DNA of 64,000 nucleotides from NCBI RefSeq assembly GCF_006345805.1, contig NC_043004.1, positions 89,156,001 to 89,220,000 of the forward strand. Reading direction: 5' to 3'. The position numbers and the translations under genes are program-made. The stretch comes from Octopus sinensis (Eukaryota). The number at the start of each line of letters is the position of its first letter. Positions within the stretch are counted from its first letter, which is position 1. The notes beneath the pieces are model-generated. The model was not told where the DNA came from. It did not search any database and worked only from the letters and a program-made list of their open reading frames with translations. Shown here one piece after another: positions 13,268-25,959 of the stretch.

Positions 13268-14012
13268 TCATATATAAACATATAAAATCCGTTCTGTCTG
13301 TCTGTGTGTGTGTCTTCTAGGATCTCGAGCATCCTCCACCTGATTGTGCTCAAATTTGATATGTAGATACCGACTGTATCAGGGCGTGTATAAGTCTTGA
13401 AAAACTTGCAAAAATCGATTCTAGGTAAGAATGCGATCGATAAAGCCGTTTTTGTCCTGCTTTTCTTCCCTCAACCTGTACATAACTGCACCTTCCATTT
13501 TTTGTTGTTTTTGTACTGCTTAAAGTCACGTTTCTTTCCTGCCAAGCTTACTGCTTAAACCATGTTTGTGTTCTCCTAGTCAACAGCCTCATCATTATTG
13601 GTACTTTAAACTCTTCGGTTGCATATTTGTGTGAATAGAATCGTTTTTCTTTGGAATAGAAAAAAAGTCTATCTTTATTTCTTCTTTTGCTGGTGTCTCA
13701 AATTTAGGTTAAATCAGTGTTTCTCAAAGGGGAGGCCTATGGGATGGTTGGACAAGTTGTTTTGAGAAAATTTGGTTTAAATGTTTGACAATTCAGCACC
13801 ATCCATTGGATGGGGGGGGGCGCTTTGCTCATATATACATATAAACAAAAATGAGCTAAGTGAAATAACTCAGAGTGGTCAGAGGCATGCATTTGTACAA
13901 TATAGACAAATACAGGCTTATCAAATACCATACAGTATAAATTTTTGATTCATTAAAATTATCTTTGCTTCTCCAAAATATGTCTTAATTACCAAATGGC
14001 AACTAAGACTAG
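13268..14012 (+). mobile_element. Probable non-autonomous Helitron
   Basis: A|TC start followed by (GTCT)n; ends CTAG|T; no TSD or TIR; subterminal hairpin not clearly seen. Confidence 0.45.
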
Positions 14013-14089
14013 TGCCATGTGAGAAGGGGAGATAATCTCAAAAGCAAAACTGACATGCTATTAAAAAAAAGACAGTTTTATTGTCGGAG

Positions 14090-14138
<49 letters not shown>

Positions 14139-15199
14139 TTGATGTTAGGAAGGGCATCCAGTCATAAAAACCCAGCAAAAACAGACACAGAAGTCTTGCA
14201 CAAGTTCCTGCCAGGCCGACTCCTGTCAAACTGTCCAACCCATATCAGCATGGAGTGTTGTTGTTAAACAACGATGATGATGATGATGATATATAGTTGT
14301 CATTGTCATCCTTGTTGATTAATGTCCATTTTCCATGCTGGCATGGGTCGGACAGTTTGACAGGAGCTGGTCAGCTGGAAAGCTGTCCAGACATTGGTTG
14401 TCATATTTGGCATGGTTTCTATGGCTGAACGTCCTTCCTAATGCCAAACACTTTACTGAGTGTGCTGAGTGTGCTTCTTACATGCCACTGGCACGGGTGC
14501 ATTCATGTGGCACCAGCAAGAGTCCATTTTACATGGCACTGGCACCTAAAGAGAGAGAGCGGTGGAGGAGGTTTCCCACATAATTTCTATCTACCAAATT
14601 CACTCACAAGGCATTGGTCACTCCTGGGCTGTAGTAGAACTTGCCCAAAATGCCGCACAGTAGGACTGAACTCAAAACCACATGGTTACAAAGCAAGCTT
14701 CTTAATCATACAGCCATGCTGCATCTACCGTAAGAGCACAAAAATATATCTCTTGTATCAGTAAAGAATATTTAACTCAGGCATTTTAGATGCTTAAGTA
14801 ACAATGATATTTTCTGTTTGGGAATGTCCATAATGTTGTAGCATTTAAACTTGGTGGTTTTAAGTTTAGTTTAAAATTAATGTAAGATCTATAGAGGAAA
14901 AGTTCCACCCATTCAAGTTCAACACATAATTTACCATGACTAAGCCGTCATCTTCTAGAATTAACCTTCAAAAATGCCTTAGACATGCCAGCTAGCAGGC
15001 AAATACCAAGCTTTAAGAAAATAATAATAATGATAATAATAATGTCATCCATGATAATTAGCAACCAAGTATCAAAGTTTATAATGTGTGGAAAGAGATA
15101 CTGTGAGACCTCTGACAAAAGGTTGCTGTCTGCTTTTACAGAATCAACCAGAACAAACAAGACCGAGCACTCTGAGAAGTAAAATAATAATAATAATGA

Positions 15200-15410
15200 T
15201 AGAAAAATGGTGAATGGAGATTGGAATAGAATGTCCCGTAGAGCTTCTACAGAAGGTTTGTCTCTTAGAGCCTGGAAAGATTATCAGGAGGGTTTTAAGC
15301 ACTTGAAAGACTATAGAAAGCATGTGGATACCTAAGGTTACTGGCAGTAACCTACAACCATTGTAACTTCTACCAGGAATAAAAACAAACCTGAGTCGAA
15401 TCAATAATAA
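15200..15410 (+). mobile_element. 3' fragment of an RLE-type non-LTR element (Dong/R4-like) in (TAA)n
   Basis: Translates IGIECPVELLQKVCLLEPGKIIRRVLST*, a typical RLE-element C-terminus; (TAA)n on both sides. Confidence 0.5.
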
Positions 15411-15683
15411 GATAATAATATTAACAACAAAAACAACAGCAACAACAATAATAATCTGTTCTACTATAGGTGCAAGGCCTGAAATTGTTGGGGAGGGAGC
15501 TAGTCAATTACATTGACCCAGTGCTCAGTTAGTACTTATTTTACCAACCCCAAATAGATGACAGGCAAAGTCACCCACAGTGGAATTTGAACCCAGAATG
15601 TAAAGAGCCAGAAAAAGTGCCGCAAAGCATTTTGTTCAATAAACTAAAGGTTCTGCCAGCTCGCCACCTGAATAATAATAATA

Positions 15684-15724
<41 letters not shown>

Positions 15725-16481
15725 GTATAAAAGATGGGCTACAGCAAATATTCTGCTCAATACCACAGATTTGTTTGTCAGTTGTTTGACCTTAACCAGT
15801 TGAGCATGTCCCTTAGTGGCTGACGATATGTGCATCTCTGATCACAAGCAGAAGTAGTGGGGGAGCATCATAGCCGTGTATTGAAAGGAATTCTTAGAAG
15901 TTTGGATACTTCACCTTTGGAAATATGGGAGGTTCATTCAACATCCTTAAACAATCCTTATTCAGGATGTTCGTTCAACATCCTTAAACAATCCTTTTGA
16001 GCAGGATGGGCTACTCAACCAGAAAAAAATTCTAACTGGGCCCCACCTGCAAGGTCATGCGCTATTTATCTTGATATGAGATCACCATGTCATGCACATA
16101 TGGTTGTGATGTATGTGCCTGGTGTACCCTTATCAGATGGGTAGTCATGATGTGTATATGGGGCTTAGTATATTTTACCCAAGTGTCACTGCTCTCCCAC
16201 TCAATAATAATGATAATCATCATCATCATCATCATCGTTTTAATGTCCACTTTCCTTTGCTTGCATAGGCCTGATAGAATTTTTTGAGGCAAATTTTCTA
16301 TGGCTCGATGCCCTTCCTGTAGCCAACTCTCACATGTATCCCTTTGCACAGACATGCTTTCATGGATGACAGGAAATGGATGATACTACATGTATGCTGG
16401 TAATATTTGTTTACAACTACCACATAATGTCAAAAACAAGGAGACACACACACACACACCTATACATATATATTATATATA

Positions 16482-16537
<56 letters not shown>

Positions 16538-16620
16538 CTGTGTGTGGTGTGTGACCGCATGTGTACCGTTGGCGTTTTTTTTCCTCCGTCTTCCCTTCTT
16601 TGGATCTTTCCTTTTCCTAT

Positions 16621-16655
16621 GTTTCTGACGAAGAGCTCCGCTCGAAACGTTACCC
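16621..16655 (+). ncRNA. Minimal hammerhead ribozyme motif in a Penelope-like 3' end (about 16550-16765)
   Basis: CTGACGA-a-GAGC-tcc-GCTC-GAAA-CGTT; 3' strand of stem I is degenerate. Confidence 0.7.
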
Positions 16656-16758
16656 TCCTTCTTCCTTCTTTCCTGAGTCTCCAAGAATAATACTATACTT
16701 GTTCCACATCCTCGCGTTGTGGTGTTTTCTCTTTGTGTTTCATGTTTGGATTAACTTT

Positions 16759-16826
<68 letters not shown>

Positions 16827-16831
16827 GTATG

Positions 16832-16866
<35 letters not shown>

Positions 16867-17149
16867 GAGCAGACGTGCCTCTGTCACTAAGAAATTGCTT
16901 CCCAACCCATAGTTTTGGGTTCAATCCCCCAACATGGAAAATAGACATTAAGCATTGATGATGATGACATATATATATGTGTGTGTGTGTGGCAAATGAA
17001 AGACAGAAGAGGAAAAATACAACAATTTATTAATAATTTTTCATTAGTAATCGCAACAATTGCTTCGACACATCTAACATCAATCCAGGTGTAAACCACT
17101 CATTTTATTATCCAATATATACTATATATATATATATATATATATATAC

Positions 17150-17399
17150 TCTTTTACTCTTTTACTTGTTTCAGTCATGTGACTGTGGCCATGCTGGAAC
17201 ACCGCCTTTAGTTGAGTAAATCGACCCCAGGACTTAGTCTTTGTAAGCTTAGTATTTATTCTATCAGTCTCTTTTGCCAAACTGCTAAGTTATGGGGACG
17301 TAAACACACCAGCATCAGTTGTCAAGCAATGTTGGGGGGGACAAACAAAGACACACAAACATATACATGCACACACACACACACACACACACACCACAA

Positions 17400-17434
<35 letters not shown>

Positions 17435-17620
17435 ATATATATATATATACATATATACGATGGGCTTCTTTCAGTTTCCATCAACCAAATCCACTCACAA
17501 GGCTTTGGTCAGCCCGCGGCTATAGTAGAAGAGACTTGCTCAAGGTGCCACATAATGGGACTGAACCCGGAGCCATATGGTTGGTAAGCAAGCTACTTAC
17601 CACACAGCCACTCCTACACC
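17150..17620 (-). mobile_element. SINE family 1 copy
   Basis: Reverse-complement homology to 2222-2640. Confidence 0.9.
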
Positions 17621-17627
17621 TATATAT

Positions 17628-17872
17628 GTACTTTATTAAAGCTGCAAAAACATCACAAAAACATCACAAAAAACTGCTACTCAGACTTTCATGTTCCAAT
17701 TCATTGGACAGTTTTCAATCAAAACTGTCTGACAGATGAGAACATGAAACTGAGTAGCAGTTTTTTGTGATATTTTTGTGATGTTTTTCCAGCTTTAATA
17801 ATACAGAATATCTCCAGTATTTGAGTACTATTTTCACCCACCTTGTTTCACATTTATGTGCTTACTATGGTA
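17628..17872. mobile_element. Fold-back, PLE-like terminal fragment with two inverted degenerate hammerheads
   Basis: 17628-17715 is the reverse complement of 17721-17805; each arm has stem I AAAACTGT/GCAGTTTT. Confidence 0.65.
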
Positions 17873-17888
17873 TATATATATATATATA

Positions 17889-17924
<36 letters not shown>

Positions 17925-17926
<2 letters not shown>

Positions 17927-18310
17927 CGGTGGCACATAAAAAAAAAACACCATCCAAGCGTGGCCGTTCGCCAGCCTCGTCTGGCACCTGTGTCGGTGGC
18001 ACATAAAAAACACCATCCAAGCGTGGCCGTCTGCCAGCCTCGTCTGGCACCTTTGTCGGTGGCACATAAAAAACACCATCCGAGCGTGACCGTTCACCAG
18101 CCTCGTCTGGCACCTGTGTCGGTGGCACATAAAATCACCCACTACACTCTCAGAGTGGTTGGTGTTAGGAAGGGCATCCAGCTGTAGAAACACTGCCAGA
18201 TCTGACTGGCCTGGTGCAGCCTTCGGGCTCCCCAGACCCCAGTTGAACCGTCCAACCCATGCTAGTATGGAAAGTGGACGTTAAACGATGATGATGATGA
18301 TGATGATGAT
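17925..18310 (+). mobile_element. RTE 3' tail with about 3 units of the 60-bp array
   Basis: Near-identical to 5760-6131. Confidence 0.9.
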
Positions 18311-19477
18311 ATACCATAGTAAGCACATAAATGTGAAACAAGGTGGGTGAAAATAGTACTCAAATACTGGAGATATGTGTATTATATATATATATGTACA
18401 AAAATATCACAAAAAAAATATATATATATACATATGTGCACAAACAACTGATTTCTTCCATCAACCAAATCCATTCCCAAGGCTTTGGTTAACTTGGGAT
18501 TATAGTAGAAGCCACCTGTCCAAGGTGCTTTGCAAGTGTCTTCTGCTATTATTTGAATATTTAATGAAAATATTTGTCACCAATGAATAACATTGAGTCA
18601 TTTGAAGTTTCTGGGGCTGGGTTTTATTCTTTAGAACAAACATTTACATTAGTAAATATCTCAGGAATGTATATGAGTCGAGGCATTGCTCGAATTTATC
18701 TGGGTTACTAGCTGAAGATTAAACAAGAGAGTTGTTTTTTTTTCTTAAATAAAAATAATAATAAATAAATAAATTTCAGAAGGTGAAGAAGATATGTCAA
18801 TTGACTTGAAACCTGTACAATACTGGAATGCATTCCGTGATTCAGATTTCAAATTCTAGTCACCTGATTCCATAGTCAAATATTTTATCCACTCTGCCAC
18901 CATGCATCTATATTTTGATGGCTTGTAGTGGCAATTGTTTGACAGAGTGAAATTTAAATTTAGCATTGTTATAATTAGCAACAAGTACTTAAAGACAGGA
19001 CCTCTAAGTACCAAGCCTTTAATAAATACCTCTGGACCCACCACTTAAAGACAAATAATAGATTAAACAAAATGTGCAAGTACCAAACCAATGAGAAACA
19101 CTTCTAGAATCAGGAAAGCATATTAATTACTATCAAGCCTTTCAAAGAAAGCAACAAATGATCCAATCCTATCTTTTGGACAAAGAGAAATGAAAAATAA
19201 AACCCTTCTTAGCAAAGAATACAACTGGAATGCAATTGGAATGATGGTAGCTGTGACTCAGTGAGAGGAGACAAGGAAGTGCACATGGTCCCTTTTCAAA
19301 GCCTCATGGAGTTGGTGTGAAGCTGACGGGGTCAATGCAAAGCTGAGTGGATTGATGCAAAGCCAAGGGGATTGATGTGAAGTCAAGGGGATCATGTATG
19401 AGGTTGGGCTGGTTGCCAGCACTGGCAGCCAGAGCAACATCCAAAGCAGCAATGCCACATCTACCAACAGCAGCAAC

Positions 19478-19775
19478 AGTTTCGATTCCCAGACCAGGCG
19501 TTGTATGTGTTTATTGAACGCAAAACACCTAAAGCTCCACGAGGCTCTGGCAGGGGGTGGTGGCGACCCCTGTTGTACTCTTTCGCTCCAACTTTCTCTC
19601 ACTCTTTCTTCCTGTTTCTTGTCCCCGACTTCCTACACAACCGCTGAGCCTGGATGAGCATTCATCCCTCCGCCGATGCTCTCGGTGTCAGGGGTTTACC
19701 TGCTTTCTCTTCTGCGGGTCTTATGAATAGCAAAGGACCACGTTTTGGACTTCTCCCATGAAGACCGCTTTGCTC
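19478..19775 (+). mobile_element. SINE family 4 copy, 5'-truncated
   Basis: Homologous to 12650-12960. Confidence 0.85.
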
Positions 19776-20229
19776 AACAAACAAACAAACTAACAAACAG
19801 CAGCAACAACAGCAACAACAATAGCATGGTCACGGTGATGGTGGCAGTAGTGCATCAAGCAGCAGACAACAATATCAACAGATTCAATGGCAACAGCGAC
19901 ATCAACATTGCAGCTGGAAATAGCTGCTACACCAGCAAACAATGGAACCACAAGGATCACATCAAGGAATAATAACAGCACTGACAGTGACTCCAGCAAT
20001 AACACCTGTGGCAATAACGACAACATCAGACCCTTGTGTTAATGAAAGAGACAGCAACAGTCCCACCTGTAACACCTCCTGTATGCACAAATATTTTTTT
20101 GTTTAAAAAAGGAACTGACTATAACATATTTCTTCCTCAAGTTGTAGAAAGGTTATGCACCTTCAACCATTTGAGCCTGTCAGGTCACTTTTACAGCTAA
20201 GCACTTTACAGGTGCAAAACCAATGGTCA

Positions 20230-20547
20230 CTCTTTGACTGGCCATAACAATTAACTTCCTAAGTTGCCAAGCCTTGCATTGCCTTCTTTTTGCTTCTTCT
20301 TCACTTTTTCTCTTCTCCCCAAAAGTGGATCAACCTAAATGAATTGCTCTTCGCCAGGACAGATAGCCAGCAGCTTCTGTTTCCCGGTGTTCATGCTGAT
20401 GCCAGCTTAAAGGAGGGAAGTCTTCAGTTAGTCTTTGAATCTGCATTTTGGGGCTCAAAGAGGTCATTTGCTATTGACAAACCACAGGAGTCTTGAAGGG
20501 GCCATTCAGATGACATGTCCTGACCACTTGAAATGATGCTTGAGGAT
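20230..20547 (-). mobile_element. Old RTE/BovB-like LINE C-terminal remnant
   Basis: Minus translation gives ILKHHFKWSGHVI*M...PKCRFKD*LK. Confidence 0.5.
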
Positions 20548-21778
20548 TTTTCAACTGCATGAACTAAAAGTCAGAAGGGGATGGGATAAACTACCTGCAT
20601 CAATTTGCTATAAAAGCAGGTAGTAATTTTACCTTGTGCTTATTCTTAGTGCAAGTTTTGAGGAATGCAGTTCGATTTTAAGTTATTTTTTTAAAAGCTA
20701 TGATGGAAGTGACAAAGGAGCATATTTGGCATATTTTGCTTTATGAGTTCAATAAAGGTAACAATGCAAAGGAAAGTGTGAGGAATATTAATGCAGTATA
20801 TGGGGATTGGACAATTAGTGTAAGCCAGTGGTTCCAGAAATTCTGAGCCAGAAACTACAGCCTAGAAGACAAGTCTCATCCTGGAAGATCTGTAAAGCTT
20901 GACCAGGATGTCCTGAAAATCCTGGTGGAACAAAATCTCATCATAACTGTTGAAGAAATAGCAGGGAAGCTTGGAGTTTTTCATTCAGCCATTCATCAAC
21001 ACCTGTGTGCCATCGGAAAAGACAGCAAATTGGGTCAATGGGTTCCTCACAAACCTTCCGAGCCTAATCGCACAGAGTGAATGTGTGCTCTTCTTTGCTG
21101 TCATGTCTCACAAATGAACCTTTTTTGGACTGAATAGTGACTGGTGACAAGAAATGGGTTCTCTATAAAAATGTCAAGCAAAAAGACAATGGGTAGGGAA
21201 AGGAGAAACACCAGCACCCCAGGCTAAAGAAGGTCTTCACCCATGAAAGGTGGTGTTATCTGTTTGGTGGGATATGAAAGTTTAGTCCACTTTGAACTTT
21301 TAAACCCAAACCAAATGATAACAAAGGAGATTTATTGTGAACAGCTTGAGCGGCTTAAGTCAGCGCTAAAAGGAAAACAACAATCTTTGGTTACAAGATG
21401 AAAAGTGTTCTTCCATCAGGATAAAGCGAAGATGACATTCCAAAGACTGGAGCAGTTTGAATGGGAAATTATGCCCTACCTACCACATTCATTGGGCATT
21501 GCCCCATTTGAATATCATTTATTCTGCAATCTTCAAAATCATTTGGACAGAAAAAATATGAATTCAGTAGACAAGGTTAGAACAGTAATGGAGGAGTATT
21601 TTTCATCACAGACAAAGGAACTTTGGAAGAGGGGCCTTGCAAGTCTACCAGATTGGTGGAAGAGCATTGTAAAAAATGAAATAGAATATATTTTAGGTTA
21701 AAAAAGAACTTTGTTTATATTCATTTTGAAAAATAAAAGATATATTTAAAAAATGCATTATTTATGAGCTGACCCATT
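20548..21778 (+). mobile_element. mariner DNA transposon, near full-length, degenerate, left TIR missing
   Basis: Transposase motifs and right TIR GCATTATTTATGAGCTGACCCA. Confidence 0.92.
20700..21701 (+). pseudogene. mariner transposase pseudogene
   Basis: MMEVTKEHIWHILLYEFNKGNNA, WVPH, IVTGDKKW, FHQDKA, APFEYHLF; contains stops and frameshifts. Confidence 0.9.
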
Positions 21779-21842
21779 ATATATACATATATGACACCAG
21801 TCTAGTTGAAGTAAATTTTCTTTGCCTTATTTATGAGCTGAC

Positions 21843-21962
<120 letters not shown>

Positions 21963-22016
21963 TAGATATATAGATACATATAGATAGATAGATAGATATA
22001 CACGCATACATATATA

Positions 22017-22082
22017 TACATTGTTCGTTTGTTTTCCACCTGCCTTCGTCTTTTGTTTATTTTCATAAAGCTTCCCGTTATA
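22017..22082 (+). mobile_element. Short terminal fragment of the Penelope-like family at 32697-34775
   Basis: Reverse complement of 32697-32765; embedded in (TA)n. Confidence 0.8.
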
Positions 22083-22554
22083 TATATATATATATGACAC
22101 CAGTCTAGTTAGGGAAAATTTTCTATGGTTGAATGCTCCTCCTTTTGATAATGCTCACCTGATTTCAAGCAAGGTAATATTTCTCCATTGCCAAACATAA
22201 ACTTCGTATATGATGGTGATGCTCATTTACAGCTATCACATAATATCAAGACACTAACGCATACACAGAAGCACACATACATATGTCTATATATATTTAC
22301 ATATATATACACACACACACATATATATATTTTAATACGTATATATACATGTATATATGTGTTTATATATCTATACACATATATATACACACACAAATAT
22401 ATACATACGTGTGTGTGTGCGCGTGTGTGTGTCTGTGTGTGTGTGCGTGCACGTGTGTGTGTGTGTGTGTGTGTGTGCACGCATGCACATGTATGCATGT
22501 ATCCAACTATAGAAACCAAGCACCAAAACAGTTAAACTGGAAAACAGACACTAA

Positions 22555-22806
22555 ATGATGATGATGATGACGCCGATGACAATGATGATGGTGGTGGTGG
22601 TGGTGGTGATGATGATGATGATGATGACGAGGAGGAGGAGGAGGAGGAGGAGGAGGAGGTGGGAGAAGGAGGAGGAGGTGGAGAGAGGAGGAGGAGGAGG
22701 AGGTGGAGGAGGAGGAGGAGGAGGAGGAGGTGGAGGAGAAGGAGGAGGAGGAGGTGGAGGAGAAGGAGGAGGAGGAGGTGGAGGAGAAGGAGGAGGAGGA
22801 GGAGGA
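22555..22806. repeat. (GAT)n-(GGT)n-(GGA)n tract with a 24-bp higher-order unit
   Basis: Direct. Confidence 0.9.
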
Positions 22807-23446
22807 TATTCATTTGCTCCATCATCTAAGGTCTGCTTTTCAATGCTGGCATGGGTTAGATGAGCGACAAGCCTCTTCCAGTTTCCGTTTACCAAACCCA
22901 TTCACAAAACTTTGGACAGATCCAGGAGCTGTAGTAGAAGACTCTTTCCCAGTGTAATGTATCACACAGTGGGACTCAGCCCCAAACCATGCAGTTGTAA
23001 AACCAATCTACTAAACACAGAGCCATGCTTGTGCCTATCCTTATATCTGGAAAACTATCACTGCTTGCATGCAACTGACTGCAAGTAAAATCAATAGAGC
23101 CAGGTAGTGTTGATGTTGATATGCTCTGATTGTGATGTACCTACTTTGACATGCATAAATCAGCAGAGATTGATGCTGTGTTTGTTATTGGCAATTGAAG
23201 GATGGGATTTCTATTATTCCATAAAATGTCATTGAATAATCAGCTCTGCAATCAGACTTGAATTAACACACACAACACATACACATAGACACACTTACTT
23301 GAGCATATACACCTGTGCATGCACAAGCACACACATACACAAATGTGTACAAACACTTGAACAAAAAACAAAAAAAATGCAAATGCACACATACAAACAT
23401 ACATACACACATTTGCACACTCACAGACAAAAAATGTGCCTGTAAA

Positions 23447-23454
<8 letters not shown>

Positions 23455-23539
<85 letters not shown>

Positions 23540-23540
23540 T

Positions 23541-23590
<50 letters not shown>

Positions 23591-23591
23591 T

Positions 23592-23676
<85 letters not shown>
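23455..23676. repeat. (TA)n then (GATA)n microsatellite
   Basis: Direct. Confidence 0.95.
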
Positions 23677-23677
<1 letters not shown>

Positions 23678-24632
23678 TGTTTCTTTATTAGCCACACAGG
23701 GCTAAACACAGATGGGACAAATTACAAAGTAGAGCTTTTCTTTTAGGGGTGAAAAAAAAAGTGGGGTTGATTTTCGATGAAAAGGGATCGTAAAAAGGAA
23801 AGAAAAAAAAGAAAAAACGAATAAAAAGGAAAAAAGAAAAAACGATCAATAGGGATCGTGTATCACAGAAATGTCATGATGTAAAGTGCAAAGGGGGAAG
23901 CAGATAAGGTTTATCAGTGGAAAGAAAAGCCTACGGAAAAAACCATGGTAACCTCAGTCAATAATGTCACATGTTAACACATTTATTTTCAAGTAAGTAA
24001 CTCTCTGTTTTAAATTTTTCTGGGTTCATAGGATTATGCTCGAGGTGGTTTCATCATTCATACGTGCCATCCTTGCTACATTCACCCATCTTTTTTTTAA
24101 ACATTCGCTAGACAAAACTTGCCTCTCTACTCTCACTTTCCTTTTCAAGTGATACTTGAAGAAGTTGATGAAAGATTGACCAGAGAGGAAAGTGTTTGTC
24201 TCTAATCCTTTCAGACGCGTCCACCAGATACATTCTTTCACCATAGCCACAAGTATGATGACAATAGCTCTTCCTTCCCATTTGAAGGAAGGAGGCGTGA
24301 CGATATTGACGATAGACTTAGCTGATAAACCGACTCGTCCCACACGTGACAACAGTCATTTGACATAAGCCTACAGGTCGGAAATGGTTGGACACTGCAC
24401 GAGTGCATGCAGAACGGTTTCGTCGCACTGACTGCATCTTGGGCAGGTCAGCCCTGTGTTTCTCGAGCCGTGTCTGTAGAGCTTATCCCAAACAGTTAGT
24501 GCTTTTCGGTAGCACTGCCAGGCCAGGGATCTCTGGAAGTTGTCCATAAGTCCTGGCCTGAAAGTCATCCTGAACAGGCAGGTCAGGTATTCCTCATCGA
24601 CACCCAGGTTCGGCCTGAGCTCGTCATCAGCT
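23677..24632 (-). mobile_element. L1/Tx1-clade LINE 3' fragment (zf-RVT CCHC finger plus 3' UTR)
   Basis: CPRCSQCDETVLHALVQCP; AATAAA just before (TATC)n on the minus strand. Confidence 0.85.
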
Positions 24633-24746
24633 GCATTTGTACTTGTATATATACATACTCTTTAACTCTTTACTCCTTTACATGTTTCAGTCATTTGACT
24701 GCGGCCATGCTAGAGCACCACCTTTAGTTGAGTGTGTGTGTGTGTG

Positions 24747-24779
<33 letters not shown>

Positions 24780-24817
24780 TGTGTGTGTGTGTACATATAT
24801 ACGTACATATATACATA

Positions 24818-25371
24818 TATGAGGTTTGATCAAAAAAGTAGCAGGGTTGTTGCTATGGTAATGGAGCTAAAGTATGCAGAGTGAAGCCCCTTGGCACAGA
24901 CTGATCTTGAACTCTCACACACTAAGAACACTCTCACTCACTTCTATTGTTTATAGCAGTGCCCAGAAGTAAAGTGTGTAGAGTGTGGTCATCTCGAAAA
25001 GAAGATCAGGTTTCAGTTCCAGAGGATCTACTTTATTGTGTTGAGGAAGGCAAAAACTTTTTGAAAGAGTGATGAATTGTGGTTCTATTGCTTATGATCC
25101 TGAAACCAAGGCAAAAATCAAATCTCACTCGAAACAAGCAAGATTTCAAGACATTGAGGAAATCCTAGAGAATACAATGAGGTAGCTGCTTGTTATCCCC
25201 CAACAAAAAAAACAAGTTCCAGGAATGCTTCCTTCAATGGAAGCAATTCTGGTTAAAGTGTGTGGCTTCAGAAGGGGGTCTACCTGGAAGGAGAATAAAA
25301 GCCAAACAGATATGTTTTGCAGTTTTCTTCTTATAGCACCAGTCCGCAATACTTTTTGACCAGACCTCGTA
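24818..25371 (+). mobile_element. Internally deleted mariner
   Basis: TIRs TA-TGAGGTTTGATCAAAAAAGTA / TACTTTTTGACCAGACCTCG-TA; YDPETK and FQECFLQWK remnants. Confidence 0.85.
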
Positions 25372-25501
25372 TAATATATACATGACAAGGGACTGAGAAT
25401 TGTCACAGTTTGTTGTACTTGGGAAGACATGTCACACAAAATAAAACCGTGGTTATCCTTGCATGCAGGCATGTCTCCTACATCCCTCTTCAGCTGAGAC
25501 T

Positions 25502-25927
25502 CAGTGCTGGATTAACCATTAAGCAAAATAAGCATGTGCTTAGGGCATCAAGGGAAGGAGGTGGCACCACAGAAATGGTAAATGGTTTACAGCACAAAAG
25601 AAATCACTTTAAACTTACTAAAATAATATTCATGATGCCTTTATCTCTACTAAATATAGATGCATATGTGTTACCTAAGATTAATTTTAAGGATCTGATC
25701 AAAGACTTTGCAATTCAAAAAAGTAGGAGGAAACTTTTCAAATATAAATTAAGTGGAAGTAGACAAAAATAAACATAATTTTCCCTCTTACTGTTTTGTT
25801 TCATCTTGAAAAATAAAAACCTATTTTATGGTTTGTTATTATTTATATTTTGAATTACATAATCTTTTATGGGGGCACCAAAATCTTTTAAGTGCTTAGG
25901 GCCTCAATGGGTCTTAATCTGGCCCTG
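25502..25927 (+). mobile_element. Non-autonomous hAT-like element
   Basis: TIRs CAGTGCTGGATTAA / TTAATCTGGCCCTG; hAT C-terminal-like LSLLNID...INFKDLIKDFAIQKSRRK; no clear 8-bp TSD. Confidence 0.65.
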
Positions 25928-25959
25928 AGATGAGTGATTCTAATTTTTCAGGCTTGTAG

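Noticed and set aside
22551-22957. Extensin-like SPPPP ORF
   Set aside because: (GGA)n repeat fused to an RTE tail
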